From positions 3,502 through 67,501 of the forward strand of contig JALEHB010000252.1 in the NCBI GenBank assembly GCA_022763285.1: DNA of 64,000 nt, read 5' to 3'. Both the position numbers and the translations under genes were made by a program. This document shows positions 19,923 through 30,603 of the stretch, piece by piece. Each line of letters begins with the position of its first letter. Position 1 is the first letter of the stretch. This stretch comes from Pseudomonadales bacterium. Its GTDB lineage: Bacteria; Pseudomonadota; Gammaproteobacteria; Pseudomonadales; Pseudohongiellaceae. Under the pieces are notes generated by a model. That model worked only from the letters and a program-made list of their open reading frames with translations. It had not been told where the DNA came from and ran no database searches.

Positions 19923-20780
19923 CTACTGTCCCAGTTCCCGGTGGCGAACCAGAATATTGCGAATCTGGCCGGTAAATCGCTTGCCCAGCTTTTCGCTGAT
20001 ATACACCGAGCGGTGTTGGCCGCCGGTACAACCAATGGCGACAGTAATATAGCTGCGGTTATTTTGTTCAAACCTGGGTAACCAGCGTTGCAGATAGTTC
20101 GAGATGTCCTCGATCATTTCCTGCACCTGGGTTTGCTGGTCGAGGTAGCTTATCACTTCGCTGTTCAATCCGGTCAGAGCACGTAGTCGGGTATCCCAAT
20201 AGGGATTCGGCAAACAGCGAACATCATAGACAATGTCCGCGTCCACCGGCACTCCATTTTTATAACCGAAGGACTGAAACAACAGGGCGAGACCGGTTTC
20301 ACTGTCTTCCACCACCCGCTTCTTGACGGCATCACGCAGGGTATGCAGGGACATATTGCTGGTATCAATGCTCAGGCTCGCGAGCATGGACAAAGGTTCC
20401 AGCAATTCTGATTCCTTGTCGATTGCTTCCCGCAGTCCGATCTGGTCATTTGAAAGGGGATGCTTGCGACGGCTTTCACTGAAGCGGCGCAGCAGGGTCT
20501 GGCTGTTGGCGTCCAGAAAAATGACCTCGGTATGCAATGCCCGCGCTTCGAGATCTTTGATGATGCCGGGGACCTGTTCCAGATCAGAAGAGATATTGCG
20601 GGCATCAATACTGACAGCGACATTGGGTATGCCGGACTCTTCGGCTTCGATACGATCGGCCAGGGCGGGCAATAATGCTGCTGGCAGGTTGTCGATGCAG
20701 TAATAGCCCCGGTCTTCCAGAATATGTAAAACCGTACTCTTACCCGATCCGGACCGGCCGCTGATAATTGTCAGTTTCAT
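19923..20780 (-). CDS. rapZ: RNase adapter protein RapZ
   Basis: 285 aa. Has the Walker A motif GRSGSGKST and a RapZ-typical C-terminus (GCTGGQHRSV). Confidence 0.92.
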   Translation of the reverse strand: MKLTIISGRSGSGKSTVLHILEDRGYYCIDNLPAALLPALADRIEAEESGIPNVAVSIDARNISSDLEQVPGIIKDLEARALHTEVIFLDANSQTLLRRFSESRRKHPLSNDQIGLREAIDKESELLEPLSMLASLSIDTSNMSLHTLRDAVKKRVVEDSETGLALLFQSFGYKNGVPVDADIVYDVRCLPNPYWDTRLRALTGLNSEVISYLDQQTQVQEMIEDISNYLQRWLPRFEQNNRSYITVAIGCTGGQHRSVYISEKLGKRFTGQIRNILVRHRELGQ

Positions 20781-20842
20781 AGTGAAAATCCAGTTTGCCT
20801 CTGGCCGGATTGCCTGCCGCCTTTTATCGGTTTGGACGCCTG

Positions 20843-21292
20843 CTAATAGGTAATGGCGATGTTATACATGTCTTCCGCGTCAGCGGTCTGTCTCAGGGTG
20901 AAACAAAAATCTTCATCGCTGAACAGTTCTGCCAGTGATGCCAGGGTTTTTACATGTTCGTCAGTTTCTTCCTCGGGCACCACCAGTACAAACAGAATAT
21001 CCACCGGCTTGCCATCGATAGCATCAAAGTCGATGGCTTCTTCCAGGGTTATCAGCATGCCGATAATGGCAGGACAACGCGGTGCGCGGCAGTGGGGAAT
21101 GGCAATACCATTGCCCAGGCCAGTGCTGCCCAGTTGTTCGCGAGCCATCAGGGCGTTGAAAACCGTGTTGGCATCCATGGCCGGTACCTGCTCAGCCATC
21201 AGCTCGCTGATGATGGTGAGGATGCGTTTTTTACTGACACCATTGATGCGGCTATGGCAGCGCTCTGGCGTAAGAATATCTTCCACTTGCAT
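20843..21292 (-). CDS. ptsN: Nitrogen-regulatory PTS IIA protein PtsN
   Basis: 149 aa with the active-site region GLGNGIAIPHCR. Conserved position downstream of rpoN. Confidence 0.9.
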   Translation of the reverse strand: MQVEDILTPERCHSRINGVSKKRILTIISELMAEQVPAMDANTVFNALMAREQLGSTGLGNGIAIPHCRAPRCPAIIGMLITLEEAIDFDAIDGKPVDILFVLVVPEEETDEHVKTLASLAELFSDEDFCFTLRQTADAEDMYNIAITY

Positions 21293-21354
21293 GCTTTTAA
21301 TTACTCTTTAACTTCCGAGTCGGTTCAATGAAATTGGTCTGGACAACGCTGGCC

Positions 21355-22854
21355 TCAATCAATCAGGCGTTTGCGTTCGTTAGAGGGCGGAATAGACAGG
21401 GATTCGCGATACTTGGCAATGGTCCGGCGAGCGACATTGATCCCTTTCTCTTCCAGTAATTGGGTAATCTTGCTGTCACTGAGGGGCTTGCGGGCATTTT
21501 CCTGGGCGATCAGCTTCTTGATAATGGCGCGGATGGCCGTGGAAGAGCACTCGCCGCCCCCGGAAGTGGAAACATGGCTGGAGAAGAAATACTTCAGCTC
21601 AAAAATGCCACGGGGGGTATGCATGTATTTCTGGGTGGTGACACGGGAAATTGTGGATTCATGCATCTCCACCGCCTCGGCGATGTCATGCAGCACCAGG
21701 GGTTTCATGGCTTCTTCACCATATTCCAGAAAGCCCTTCTGATGTTCAACGATACGGGTGGCCACTTTCATCAGGGTTTCATTGCGGCTCTGCAGGCTCT
21801 TGATGAACCAGCGAGCCTCCTGCAGGTTGTCGCGCAGATAATTATTGTCATCACTGCTGTCGGCGCGTTTTACCAGTGAGGCATAACTGTTATTAATGCG
21901 AATCTTCGGTGCTGTCTCGGGGTTCAGCTCCACCTTCCATTTGCCCGATTCTGCGTCCTTGGAGACGATGACATCGGGAACAATATAGTTGGTGGATGGC
22001 GGGGCGATATTGGCGCCGGGCCTTGGATCGAGGCTTTCGATAATGGCGATTGTATCTCTGAGCTCGGCTTCCTTGAGCTTGGTCTTGCGCATCAGTTGGG
22101 CGTAGTCACGATTGCCCAGTAAATCCAGATAATCACGGATTACCAGCTTGGCATTCTCAATGGCTTGTTCCTTGCCGGGTACTTCCAGTTGTTGCAACTG
22201 GATCAGCAGGCATTCACCGAGATCGCGATAGCCGACCCCAATGGGATCAAATTGCTGGATGCGGTGCAGTACTGCCAGTACCTCGTCTTCCTCGATCTCC
22301 GCTTCCGGCTCGAATGAGGAATGGATGGACTCGATATCCACCGTCAGCATGCCATTGGCATCGATGGCATCAATAATGGCCATAGCAATGGCTTCGTCCT
22401 GCTCGGACATGGGGGTGAGATTCAGCTGCCAGAGAAGGTGATCCTGCAAGGTCTCTTCGGCGGAATTCCTTGATTCGAAATCAAAACCTTCGCCATCGGG
22501 TGCTGCGCTACTGGTATAGTTGTTGGGGTAGATGTCGTCCCAGTTGCTGTCTACGGAGAGATCGCTCGGGATGTCATCTTCCCATTTATTGTCATCGCCA
22601 TTGGCGTCTGTGGGCTGGTTGTTTTCGCTGAGCTCGGCTTTCAGCTTTTCGAATTCGGATTTGTCATTTTCATCAGCGGGCGCGTCGTCCTCGTCATTGC
22701 CTTCGATCAACTCCAGCATGGGGTTGGTTTCGAGGGCCTGATGAATTTCCTGTTGCAGGTCCAGCGTTGAAAGCTGCAGAAGACGAATTGCCTGCTGCAG
22801 CTGGGGGGTCATAGTCAACTGCTGACCGAGCTTGAGCTGTAGCGACAGTTTCAT
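21355..22854 (-). CDS. rpoN: RNA polymerase sigma-54 factor
   Basis: 499 aa. Has a Gln/Leu-rich region I ([19 protein letters not shown]), an acidic region II and the RpoN box ([12 protein letters not shown]). Confidence 0.96.
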   Translation of the reverse strand: MKLSLQLKLGQQLTMTPQLQQAIRLLQLSTLDLQQEIHQALETNPMLELIEGNDEDDAPADENDKSEFEKLKAELSENNQPTDANGDDNKWEDDIPSDLSVDSNWDDIYPNNYTSSAAPDGEGFDFESRNSAEETLQDHLLWQLNLTPMSEQDEAIAMAIIDAIDANGMLTVDIESIHSSFEPEAEIEEDEVLAVLHRIQQFDPIGVGYRDLGECLLIQLQQLEVPGKEQAIENAKLVIRDYLDLLGNRDYAQLMRKTKLKEAELRDTIAIIESLDPRPGANIAPPSTNYIVPDVIVSKDAESGKWKVELNPETAPKIRINNSYASLVKRADSSDDNNYLRDNLQEARWFIKSLQSRNETLMKVATRIVEHQKGFLEYGEEAMKPLVLHDIAEAVEMHESTISRVTTQKYMHTPRGIFELKYFFSSHVSTSGGGECSSTAIRAIIKKLIAQENARKPLSDSKITQLLEEKGINVARRTIAKYRESLSIPPSNERKRLID

Positions 22855-22931
22855 TGCTTATGCAGACATTGACCTGGCATTGTCAGTGGATTGGTTGGCC
22901 GAGACGCCGTGGCGACTTCGGAATTGCGCCC

Positions 22932-22940
22932 AGTATAGCA
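22932..22940 (-). promoter_or_regulatory. Possible extended -10 promoter element (TGCTATACT) in the lptB-rpoN spacer
   Basis: The minus strand reads TTTGCTATACT (TGn + TATACT). There is no good -35. Motif match only. Confidence 0.3.
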
Positions 22941-23075
22941 AATATCGTGCCCATCATGCATAGCAAAATCGAAGGCCGGCAGCTTGCCGCCAGTTCGGCG
23001 GGCAGGGCTTTGTCGACGGAAGCAGGCTGGGGGCGAACACGGGGTATTGGGCCGAAAACAGCAGAGGGCAGGGGG

Positions 23076-23795
23076 TCAGATGCGAAACTGCTCGCCCAGA
23101 TAGACCTGCCGGACCCGTTCATCATTGAGGATTTGCTCGGCATTGCCCTCAGCGATGATCTGACCCTCGCTGACAATATAGGCCTTCTCACAGATATCCA
23201 GGGTTTCGCGCACATTATGATCGGTCAACAGGATGCCGATGCCGCGGCTTTTCAGGTGCTGGATAATGGTTTTGATTTCGCTGACCGAAATGGGGTCGAC
23301 GCCGGCAAAGGGTTCATCCAGCAGGATGAATTTCGGGTCTGTGGCAAGGGTGCGGGCAATCTCGGTACGCCGCCGCTCGCCGCCGGACAGGCTCATGCCG
23401 CGATTGCTGCGGATGTGGCCGATATTGAACTCGCCCAGCAGGGCTTCCAGTTTCGCCTGCCTTTGGGCCTTGTCGAGATCCTGGCGGGTTTCCAGGATTG
23501 CCATGATATTGTCCTGCACCGACAGGGTTCTGAAGATGGACGAGTCCTGGGGCAGATAGGACAGACCGGCCCGGGCCCGTTCGTGGATGGCCTTGTTACT
23601 GAGGTCAGCCTGCCCCAGTTTGATAGAGCCTGAATCGGCTTGTACCAGACCCACAATCATGTAGAAGCAGGTCGTCTTGCCGGCGCCATTGGGGCCCAGC
23701 AGGCCCACCACTTCACCTTGTTCCACGCTCAGTGAAACATCCCTTACTACATCACGGGATTTATAGCGTTTGGCGAGATTGCTGGCGATCAACAT
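23076..23795 (-). CDS. lptB: LPS export ABC transporter ATP-binding protein LptB
   Basis: 239 aa with Walker [10 protein letters not shown], the ABC signature LSGGERRR and Walker B ILLDEP. Conserved position between lptA and rpoN. Confidence 0.95.
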   Translation of the reverse strand: MLIASNLAKRYKSRDVVRDVSLSVEQGEVVGLLGPNGAGKTTCFYMIVGLVQADSGSIKLGQADLSNKAIHERARAGLSYLPQDSSIFRTLSVQDNIMAILETRQDLDKAQRQAKLEALLGEFNIGHIRSNRGMSLSGGERRRTEIARTLATDPKFILLDEPFAGVDPISVSEIKTIIQHLKSRGIGILLTDHNVRETLDICEKAYIVSEGQIIAEGNAEQILNDERVRQVYLGEQFRI

Positions 23796-24358
23796 CAGTT
23801 TGAATTGGGCGTCAGTGAACCCTGGCAGGGACCGGTCGCCTCCCGAATGAGATTGCTGTCGGCCAGATAGACTATGGCGGCACAGTGCATTTCGGTATCC
23901 GGAGAGACGATGCTGGCGTTGCCGGTGAATTCAAGAATGGTTTCCTGTGACTCACCCTCCCGGTGCAATAGCACACTGGCACTGGAACCGCTGACGAGGC
24001 TACCGTCCTCGTCCAGTTGTTGCTGGTAGTTCACAGGGTTGCCATGCACTGTGACCCGAAGTAGTTGATTGCTTTCGGCGTCATACTCAAACCGCGCCTG
24101 ATCACCAATAATCTCAAGAGTGCCCTGTGTCACTTTAACGTTGTCAGACATCTCCAGTATGCGCAATCCGGATTCCAGGCGGGTGGTGACATTACCCTCG
24201 GCATTCCAGGTTACTGCCTCATCGCGGTCCGATTCGAGACTGATACTGCCTGGAGAAAACAATAGCAGGCTGAGGGCCAGGGCCCGACTGACTGTCTGTC
24301 TAATTGGCGGGTTGTACATACCGTCCTTCGCTATCGCTGAGAAATACAATTTCGTCAC
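23795..24358 (-). CDS. lptA: LPS transport periplasmic protein LptA
   Basis: OstA-like beta-jellyroll-sized protein with a signal peptide ([17 protein letters not shown]). The start may be the internal ATG 24319. It overlaps the lptC end, as in E. coli. Confidence 0.8.
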   Translation of the reverse strand: MTKLYFSAIAKDGMYNPPIRQTVSRALALSLLLFSPGSISLESDRDEAVTWNAEGNVTTRLESGLRILEMSDNVKVTQGTLEIIGDQARFEYDAESNQLLRVTVHGNPVNYQQQLDEDGSLVSGSSASVLLHREGESQETILEFTGNASIVSPDTEMHCAAIVYLADSNLIREATGPCQGSLTPNSN

Positions 24359-24887
24359 TGGCCAGATTGGCGCGCATGCCCAGAGAAGTCTGGGAAATCT
24401 GTGGCATGCTGAAATCTACCGGTAAATCTGTCTCCGCAATTTCAGTTGCCGGTAAAAACTTGACCGCATCGGTAGTGATCAGCAGGGGTTTGCCTTGTTC
24501 ATCCAGGCTGCGAATTTCCACATCACCGGCCATGGTGATCACGCGTGTGTTGTCTGAGCCAGCTTCAGCGGGCGCTGAAATTGTGCCGGAATCGGCCACT
24601 ATATTCCAGCTCGAGCGGGAGTCGCGGTAGACGCGGATCGTGGGGGCTTCCAGTTCGCTGCTGTCATCCTGGTGTTGTATCTGGCGGTCGGCATCGAGGG
24701 TGTAGCTGAGCTGGCCCTGCTCATCATACAACTCGGTGCTGATTCCTTCGGCGAAAGCAACAAACTCCTGGGTGAAGCCGGTGCTTGAGTTTTCAACGCT
24801 GGTTTCCCGGCTATCGAAACTGCTGGTTATAAAAAACAGTCCAATGGCCAGTACGCCAGGGAGGATCAGATAGGAAATCTTGGGCAT
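24300..24887 (-). CDS. lptC: LPS export system protein LptC
   Basis: 195 aa with a single N-terminal TM anchor. Located between kdsC and lptA. Confidence 0.75.
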   Translation of the reverse strand: MPKISYLILPGVLAIGLFFITSSFDSRETSVENSSTGFTQEFVAFAEGISTELYDEQGQLSYTLDADRQIQHQDDSSELEAPTIRVYRDSRSSWNIVADSGTISAPAEAGSDNTRVITMAGDVEIRSLDEQGKPLLITTDAVKFLPATEIAETDLPVDFSMPQISQTSLGMRANLASDEIVFLSDSEGRYVQPAN

Positions 24888-24967
24888 GTCACCAGTATCC
24901 GGTTAATGGCAGCCAGCTTAGCATGAATGGGGCGGACAAACGGAGAGCCTGTGACAAGGGCCGGCAA

Positions 24968-25498
24968 TCACGGCAGCAATTGCTGGTATTTGTCCTGGCA
25001 CTGCAAGATAAAGTCGCCGATCTCCCGCACTGCGCCCAGCCCGGCCTGGGCATCAGTGATGGCATCTACCCGCATACGTACATCCGGGTGTCCGGCGGGT
25101 ACGCTGAAGCTCAGGCCGACGCTGGTGAGCACTGGCAGGTCGGGGAAGTCATCACCGGCATAGGCAATCTGCTCGCGACTCAATTGTCTCTCGGCCAGGA
25201 TGTCGGTCAGTACATTGAGTTTGTCCTCACGCCCCTGATAAAGCAAAGTAATACCCAGTTCGTCGGCACGTCGGGCCAGCAGCGCTGACTGGCGTCCCGT
25301 AATGATGCCAACCTCAACGCCGTTTTGGCGCAGCATCTTGATGCCGTGACCATCCAGAGTGCTGAAGGTCTTCATCTCTTCACCGCTGTCGCTGTAATAG
25401 AGACGGCCATCGGTAAACACACCGTCGACGTCCAGCAATAACAGACTGATCGCTTTGGCGGCATCCCTGACGGTTTGTTCAGAGGTATTGAATTTCAT
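24968..25498 (-). CDS. kdsC: 3-deoxy-D-manno-octulosonate 8-phosphate phosphatase KdsC
   Basis: 176 aa. HAD motif I LLLLDVDGVFTDG is present, along with KdsC-typical length and position. Confidence 0.9.
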   Translation of the reverse strand: MKFNTSEQTVRDAAKAISLLLLDVDGVFTDGRLYYSDSGEEMKTFSTLDGHGIKMLRQNGVEVGIITGRQSALLARRADELGITLLYQGREDKLNVLTDILAERQLSREQIAYAGDDFPDLPVLTSVGLSFSVPAGHPDVRMRVDAITDAQAGLGAVREIGDFILQCQDKYQQLLP

Positions 25499-25540
25499 AA
25501 AAAGCTATTGAATTTCATAAGGAGCTATTGAACTTCATAA
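25481..25540 (-). repeat. Three tandem 20-bp copies of the kdsC start region (TTATGAARTTCAATAnCTnn), giving two 7-codon mini-ORFs ahead of kdsC
   Basis: The minus strand reads TGA tt ATGAAGTTCAATAGCTCCTT-ATGA-AATTCAATAGCTTTTT-ATGA-AATTCAATACCTCT. Units are 17/20 and 18/20 identical. Read directly from the sequence. Confidence 0.9.
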
Positions 25541-26515
25541 TCAGACCACATTCGCCTGTAACAGATCATGCATTTTGATAATGCCGGCGATGGGTTCGCC
25601 CTCGTTCTTGACGATGAGTACATAGACATTGGCATCCTGCATGGCCTTGACAGCTTCCACCGCCAGAGCCCCTGGTGCGATACTGACGAAGCCGGAGGAC
25701 ATGACCTGGCTGATACTGGTGTTCTGCAAATCCTTGCCTGCATCCAGGGCGCGGCGCAAATCACCATCGGTAAAGACGCCGCTGATATTGCGATCACTGT
25801 CTGCGACGGTGGTAAGCCCGAAGCCCTTGCGGCTCATTTCTATCAATGCCTCGCTCAGGGCGGTGTCGGCGCTAACCATGGGTATTTCGTCACCGCTGTG
25901 CATCAAATCCTGCACTCTGACCAACAGGCGTCGGCCGAGTTTGCCGCCCGGATGGGACATGGCGAAATCATCATGGGTAAAGCCACGTGCTTCCAGCAGG
26001 GCCATGGCCAGAGCATCACCCATGACCAGGGTGGCGGTAGTGCTTGAAGTGGGTGCCAGGCCCAGGGGGCAGGCTTCTTCACTGACGCTGATGTCCAGCA
26101 CCGTATCGCTCGCCTGGGCCAGCACCGAGTTGCTATCGCCGGTCATGCTGATGAGGGGTATATCCTTTCTTTTCAGGGCGGGCAGCAGGGAGGTCAGTTC
26201 TTCGGTGTTACCGGAATTGGAGATGGCCAGCACGATATCGCTGGGGGTGATCATGCCCAGATCTCCATGGCTGGCTTCGGCGGGGTGCATGGCCATGGCG
26301 GGTGTGCCGGTGCTGGCCAGGGTGGCGGCAATCTTGTTGCCAATATGCCCGGACTTGCCCATTCCGGTGACGACCACACGCCCTTTGCTGGCAAGTACCA
26401 GTTCGCAGGCCTTGATGAAACTGGCGTCAATGCGCTCACTCAGGGCAGCGACAGAATCGTGCTCGATGCGGATGGTGCGAAGTGCGCTCTCAATGAATGC
26501 ATTTGTGTCTGTCAT
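25541..26515 (-). CDS. kdsD: Arabinose-5-phosphate isomerase KdsD
   Basis: 324 aa. SIS domain (GRVVVTGMGKSGHIG) followed by tandem CBS domains. Confidence 0.93.
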   Translation of the reverse strand: MTDTNAFIESALRTIRIEHDSVAALSERIDASFIKACELVLASKGRVVVTGMGKSGHIGNKIAATLASTGTPAMAMHPAEASHGDLGMITPSDIVLAISNSGNTEELTSLLPALKRKDIPLISMTGDSNSVLAQASDTVLDISVSEEACPLGLAPTSSTTATLVMGDALAMALLEARGFTHDDFAMSHPGGKLGRRLLVRVQDLMHSGDEIPMVSADTALSEALIEMSRKGFGLTTVADSDRNISGVFTDGDLRRALDAGKDLQNTSISQVMSSGFVSIAPGALAVEAVKAMQDANVYVLIVKNEGEPIAGIIKMHDLLQANVV

Positions 26516-26548
26516 AGGCTGATTCGATCTCGGGCTTGCGAATTTCGC

Positions 26549-27520
26549 TCAGGCACTGCCGCCTTGCTGAACCTGGACAAACATCACAGTGAACCAGGCT
26601 GCATAGATTAGCAGGAATGCCAGGCCGTTGACGCGGCTGATCATTTTGTTGCGTTTGATGCCAATGTAACAGAACAGAGCCAGCAGTACAGTCAACCCCA
26701 ATACGAAAGAATAGTCTCTGTACAGGAGTTGGGATTCCACCGCACCGGCACTGAACAGGCCAGGGAAAGGCAGTACTACAAGCAGATTTAGAATGTTTGA
26801 TCCAACAATATTGCCGATGGCCAGGTCATGATGATTGCGCAGCACACAGGTGACCGAGGCAGCCAGTTCCGGCAGGCTGGTTCCCAGTGCCACTACGGTC
26901 AGCCCGATGATTGCAGTGGAAACCCCGAGGGTTTCGGCGATGGCCGAGGCAGCCTGAACCAGGGCTTCGGCACTGAGGATGAGTAACACCAGACCCAGAA
27001 TCAGATAGGCGATGGCCTGCAGATTGTTGACGTCGGAGATTTCCTCTTCATCCAGCTCACTGATGGCACCGGTCTTGACCCGCTTTCTGAACAGGCGATA
27101 GCCGAAATAGGCGGTGATTCCTATCAGCACGATGGCATCGAAAACACCGAGATACAAATCGAACAGCAGTGCACCGGTGGCGAGGGTGACCAGCAGCAGT
27201 GCCGGCAGTTCCTTGCTTATCAGGGAAGCCGGTGGGCGCAAAGGGCTGATCACGGCAGCCACGCCGAGCGCAACGCCGACATTGAACAGATTCGAGCCCA
27301 GAGCATTGCCTATGGCCAACTCAGGCTTGTCTTCGAGCGCAGAAACTGCGGAGGAAAAGATTTCCGGGGCGGACGTACCAAAGGCGACGATGGTCAGCCC
27401 AATCATTAGCGGTGACACTCCCAGGTTTCTTGCCAGGGCCGAGGCGCCGAACACAAACTTGTCCGCCCCCCAGATCAAGCCAACAAACCCGAGGACGATG
27501 ATTATCGTGTCGAGAAACAT
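26549..27520 (-). CDS. yrbG: Calcium/sodium antiporter (CaCA family, YrbG-like)
   Basis: 323 aa. Two alpha-repeats are present (GTSAPEIFSS and GTSLPELAAS). It has the same neighbourhood as E. coli yrbG-kdsD. Confidence 0.85.
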   Translation of the reverse strand: MFLDTIIIVLGFVGLIWGADKFVFGASALARNLGVSPLMIGLTIVAFGTSAPEIFSSAVSALEDKPELAIGNALGSNLFNVGVALGVAAVISPLRPPASLISKELPALLLVTLATGALLFDLYLGVFDAIVLIGITAYFGYRLFRKRVKTGAISELDEEEISDVNNLQAIAYLILGLVLLILSAEALVQAASAIAETLGVSTAIIGLTVVALGTSLPELAASVTCVLRNHHDLAIGNIVGSNILNLLVVLPFPGLFSAGAVESQLLYRDYSFVLGLTVLLALFCYIGIKRNKMISRVNGLAFLLIYAAWFTVMFVQVQQGGSA

Positions 27521-27765
27521 GCAGTTTGGAGTTTTGTACTTCCGGTAAAGCGCCCAATTAGAAGGGTCTTTGGTACGCTTTGCAAGTAATAATTTATTGC
27601 GTCTGGCAATTCATGTAAACTGCAGCTTCTGTCCCGGGTTCAGTCCCGATTAAGACTCAAATTCCCATACTGTCGCATGCGTGGGGATGGTTCAGGCTGG
27701 CCCAGTAGTACTTCCCCCGGCATCGGCAAGCGCCCGTCCAGAGGGTTGAAATGGGAGATAAGATT

Positions 27766-28359
27766 ATGAAATCGTTGAAATTGTTGCTATCCACGCTGAC
27801 CTTGTTGCTGGCCATGCCACTGCATGCCCAGCAAATGACGGCGGCAGAAACTGCTGAAGTGGGTGTGAATACACTGCTGGAAACAGTGGCTGAGGCCAAG
27901 TCCTATTTCCTGTCTGACCGGGATCGCTATTTCCGTGAAGTGGAGCAGGTGCTTAACTCATTCGTCGATTTCAATGCCGTGGCTGAAGTCGTAATGTCCC
28001 GTTACGCCAGCCAGGCCAGCGAGGCGCAGAAGCAACGCTTTGCCGATATTCTCAAGACCACTCTGACGCGTTTTTATGGCGCCTCACTGGCTTCCTATGA
28101 AGGCCAGGAGCTGGTGTTCCTGCCGCCCCGCAATCCGGATGCAGACCCGCGGGCCGATAAGGTCGTGGGTATGGAATTGCGTGGCGACAGCAGTATGCGC
28201 CTGCAGTATCAGATGTTTCTGAATGAAAACGATGAGTGGAAACTCAAGAACCTCAGCCTGGCTGGTATCAATCTGGGCCGGCAGTATTACACCCAATTCG
28301 CCGCCTTGATGTCTGAGCATAACAATGACATCGACGCCGTACTCGACAACTGGCAGTAA
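27766..28359 (+). CDS. mlaC: MlaC/Ttg2D-family periplasmic phospholipid-binding protein
   Basis: Signal peptide MKSLKLLLSTLTLLLAMPLHA-QQ. Start placed at ATG 27766 with GGGAGA upstream (the track gives 27751). Size and overall pattern fit the MlaC family. Positioned before ibaG-murA. Confidence 0.72.
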   Translation: MKSLKLLLSTLTLLLAMPLHAQQMTAAETAEVGVNTLLETVAEAKSYFLSDRDRYFREVEQVLNSFVDFNAVAEVVMSRYASQASEAQKQRFADILKTTLTRFYGASLASYEGQELVFLPPRNPDADPRADKVVGMELRGDSSMRLQYQMFLNENDEWKLKNLSLAGINLGRQYYTQFAALMSEHNNDIDAVLDNWQ

Positions 28360-28373
28360 TTCAGGGAATCGAT

Positions 28374-29896
<1,523 letters not shown>

Positions 29897-29937
29897 TTAC
29901 CAGCAATTCATTGCAGACCAGCCAGCCAATTAAGACC

Positions 29938-30579
29938 ATGAGTGCCGCGAACATCGTTATCGCCCTGACCAAGGGCCGAATCCTTGAGGAAACCCTGCCG
30001 CTTTTTGCCGCAGCAGGAATTGAGCCTGCCGAAGATATTTTCAAGAGCCGCAAGCTGCTGTTTGATACCAATCTGGATAACGTCAAACTGATGGTGATTC
30101 GTGGATCCGATGTGCCGACCTATGTGGAATTCGGCAGTGCTGATATGGGAGTGGCGGGCAAGGACCTGATCCTGGAATACGGAGACGAAGGTTTCTATGA
30201 ACCTCTCGATCTCAAGATTGCCACCTGCCGCCTGATGACCGCCGAGCCGGTTAACCGGCAGCCGAGTCTGGATCGACTGAAAGTGGCCACCAAATTCACC
30301 AATATCGCCAAGCGCTATTTCGCCGAGCAAGGCAAACAGATTGAGCTGATCAAGCTGAATGGCGCCCTGGAGCTGGCGCCATCTCTTGGTCTGGCAGATG
30401 CCATTGTGGATATCGTCGACACCGGCAGGACACTGAAGGCCAATGGTCTTGAGCCCAGGGACCTGATCGCCGATGTCTCATCCAGAGTTATCGTCAACAA
30501 GGCCGCCATGAAAATCAAACATGCCGTGATCCGGGATATTCTTGGCAAATTGCGCCAGGCGGTTGAGGCCGGCGGCTAA
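29938..30579 (+). CDS. hisG: ATP phosphoribosyltransferase, short form
   Basis: [16 protein letters not shown] is the typical HisG-S N-terminus. I prefer ATG 29938 over the TTG 29911 given in the track. Confidence 0.9.
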   Translation: MSAANIVIALTKGRILEETLPLFAAAGIEPAEDIFKSRKLLFDTNLDNVKLMVIRGSDVPTYVEFGSADMGVAGKDLILEYGDEGFYEPLDLKIATCRLMTAEPVNRQPSLDRLKVATKFTNIAKRYFAEQGKQIELIKLNGALELAPSLGLADAIVDIVDTGRTLKANGLEPRDLIADVSSRVIVNKAAMKIKHAVIRDILGKLRQAVEAGG

Positions 30580-30603
30580 GGCCAGAGCAGACGGGTTATT
30601 GCC

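Noticed and set aside
27568-27585. TGGTACGCTTTGCAAG sigma-54-like sequence in the yrbG-mlaC spacer
   Set aside because: Only 8 nt separate GG and GC, whereas the consensus requires 10. The spacing is incompatible with a -24/-12 promoter.
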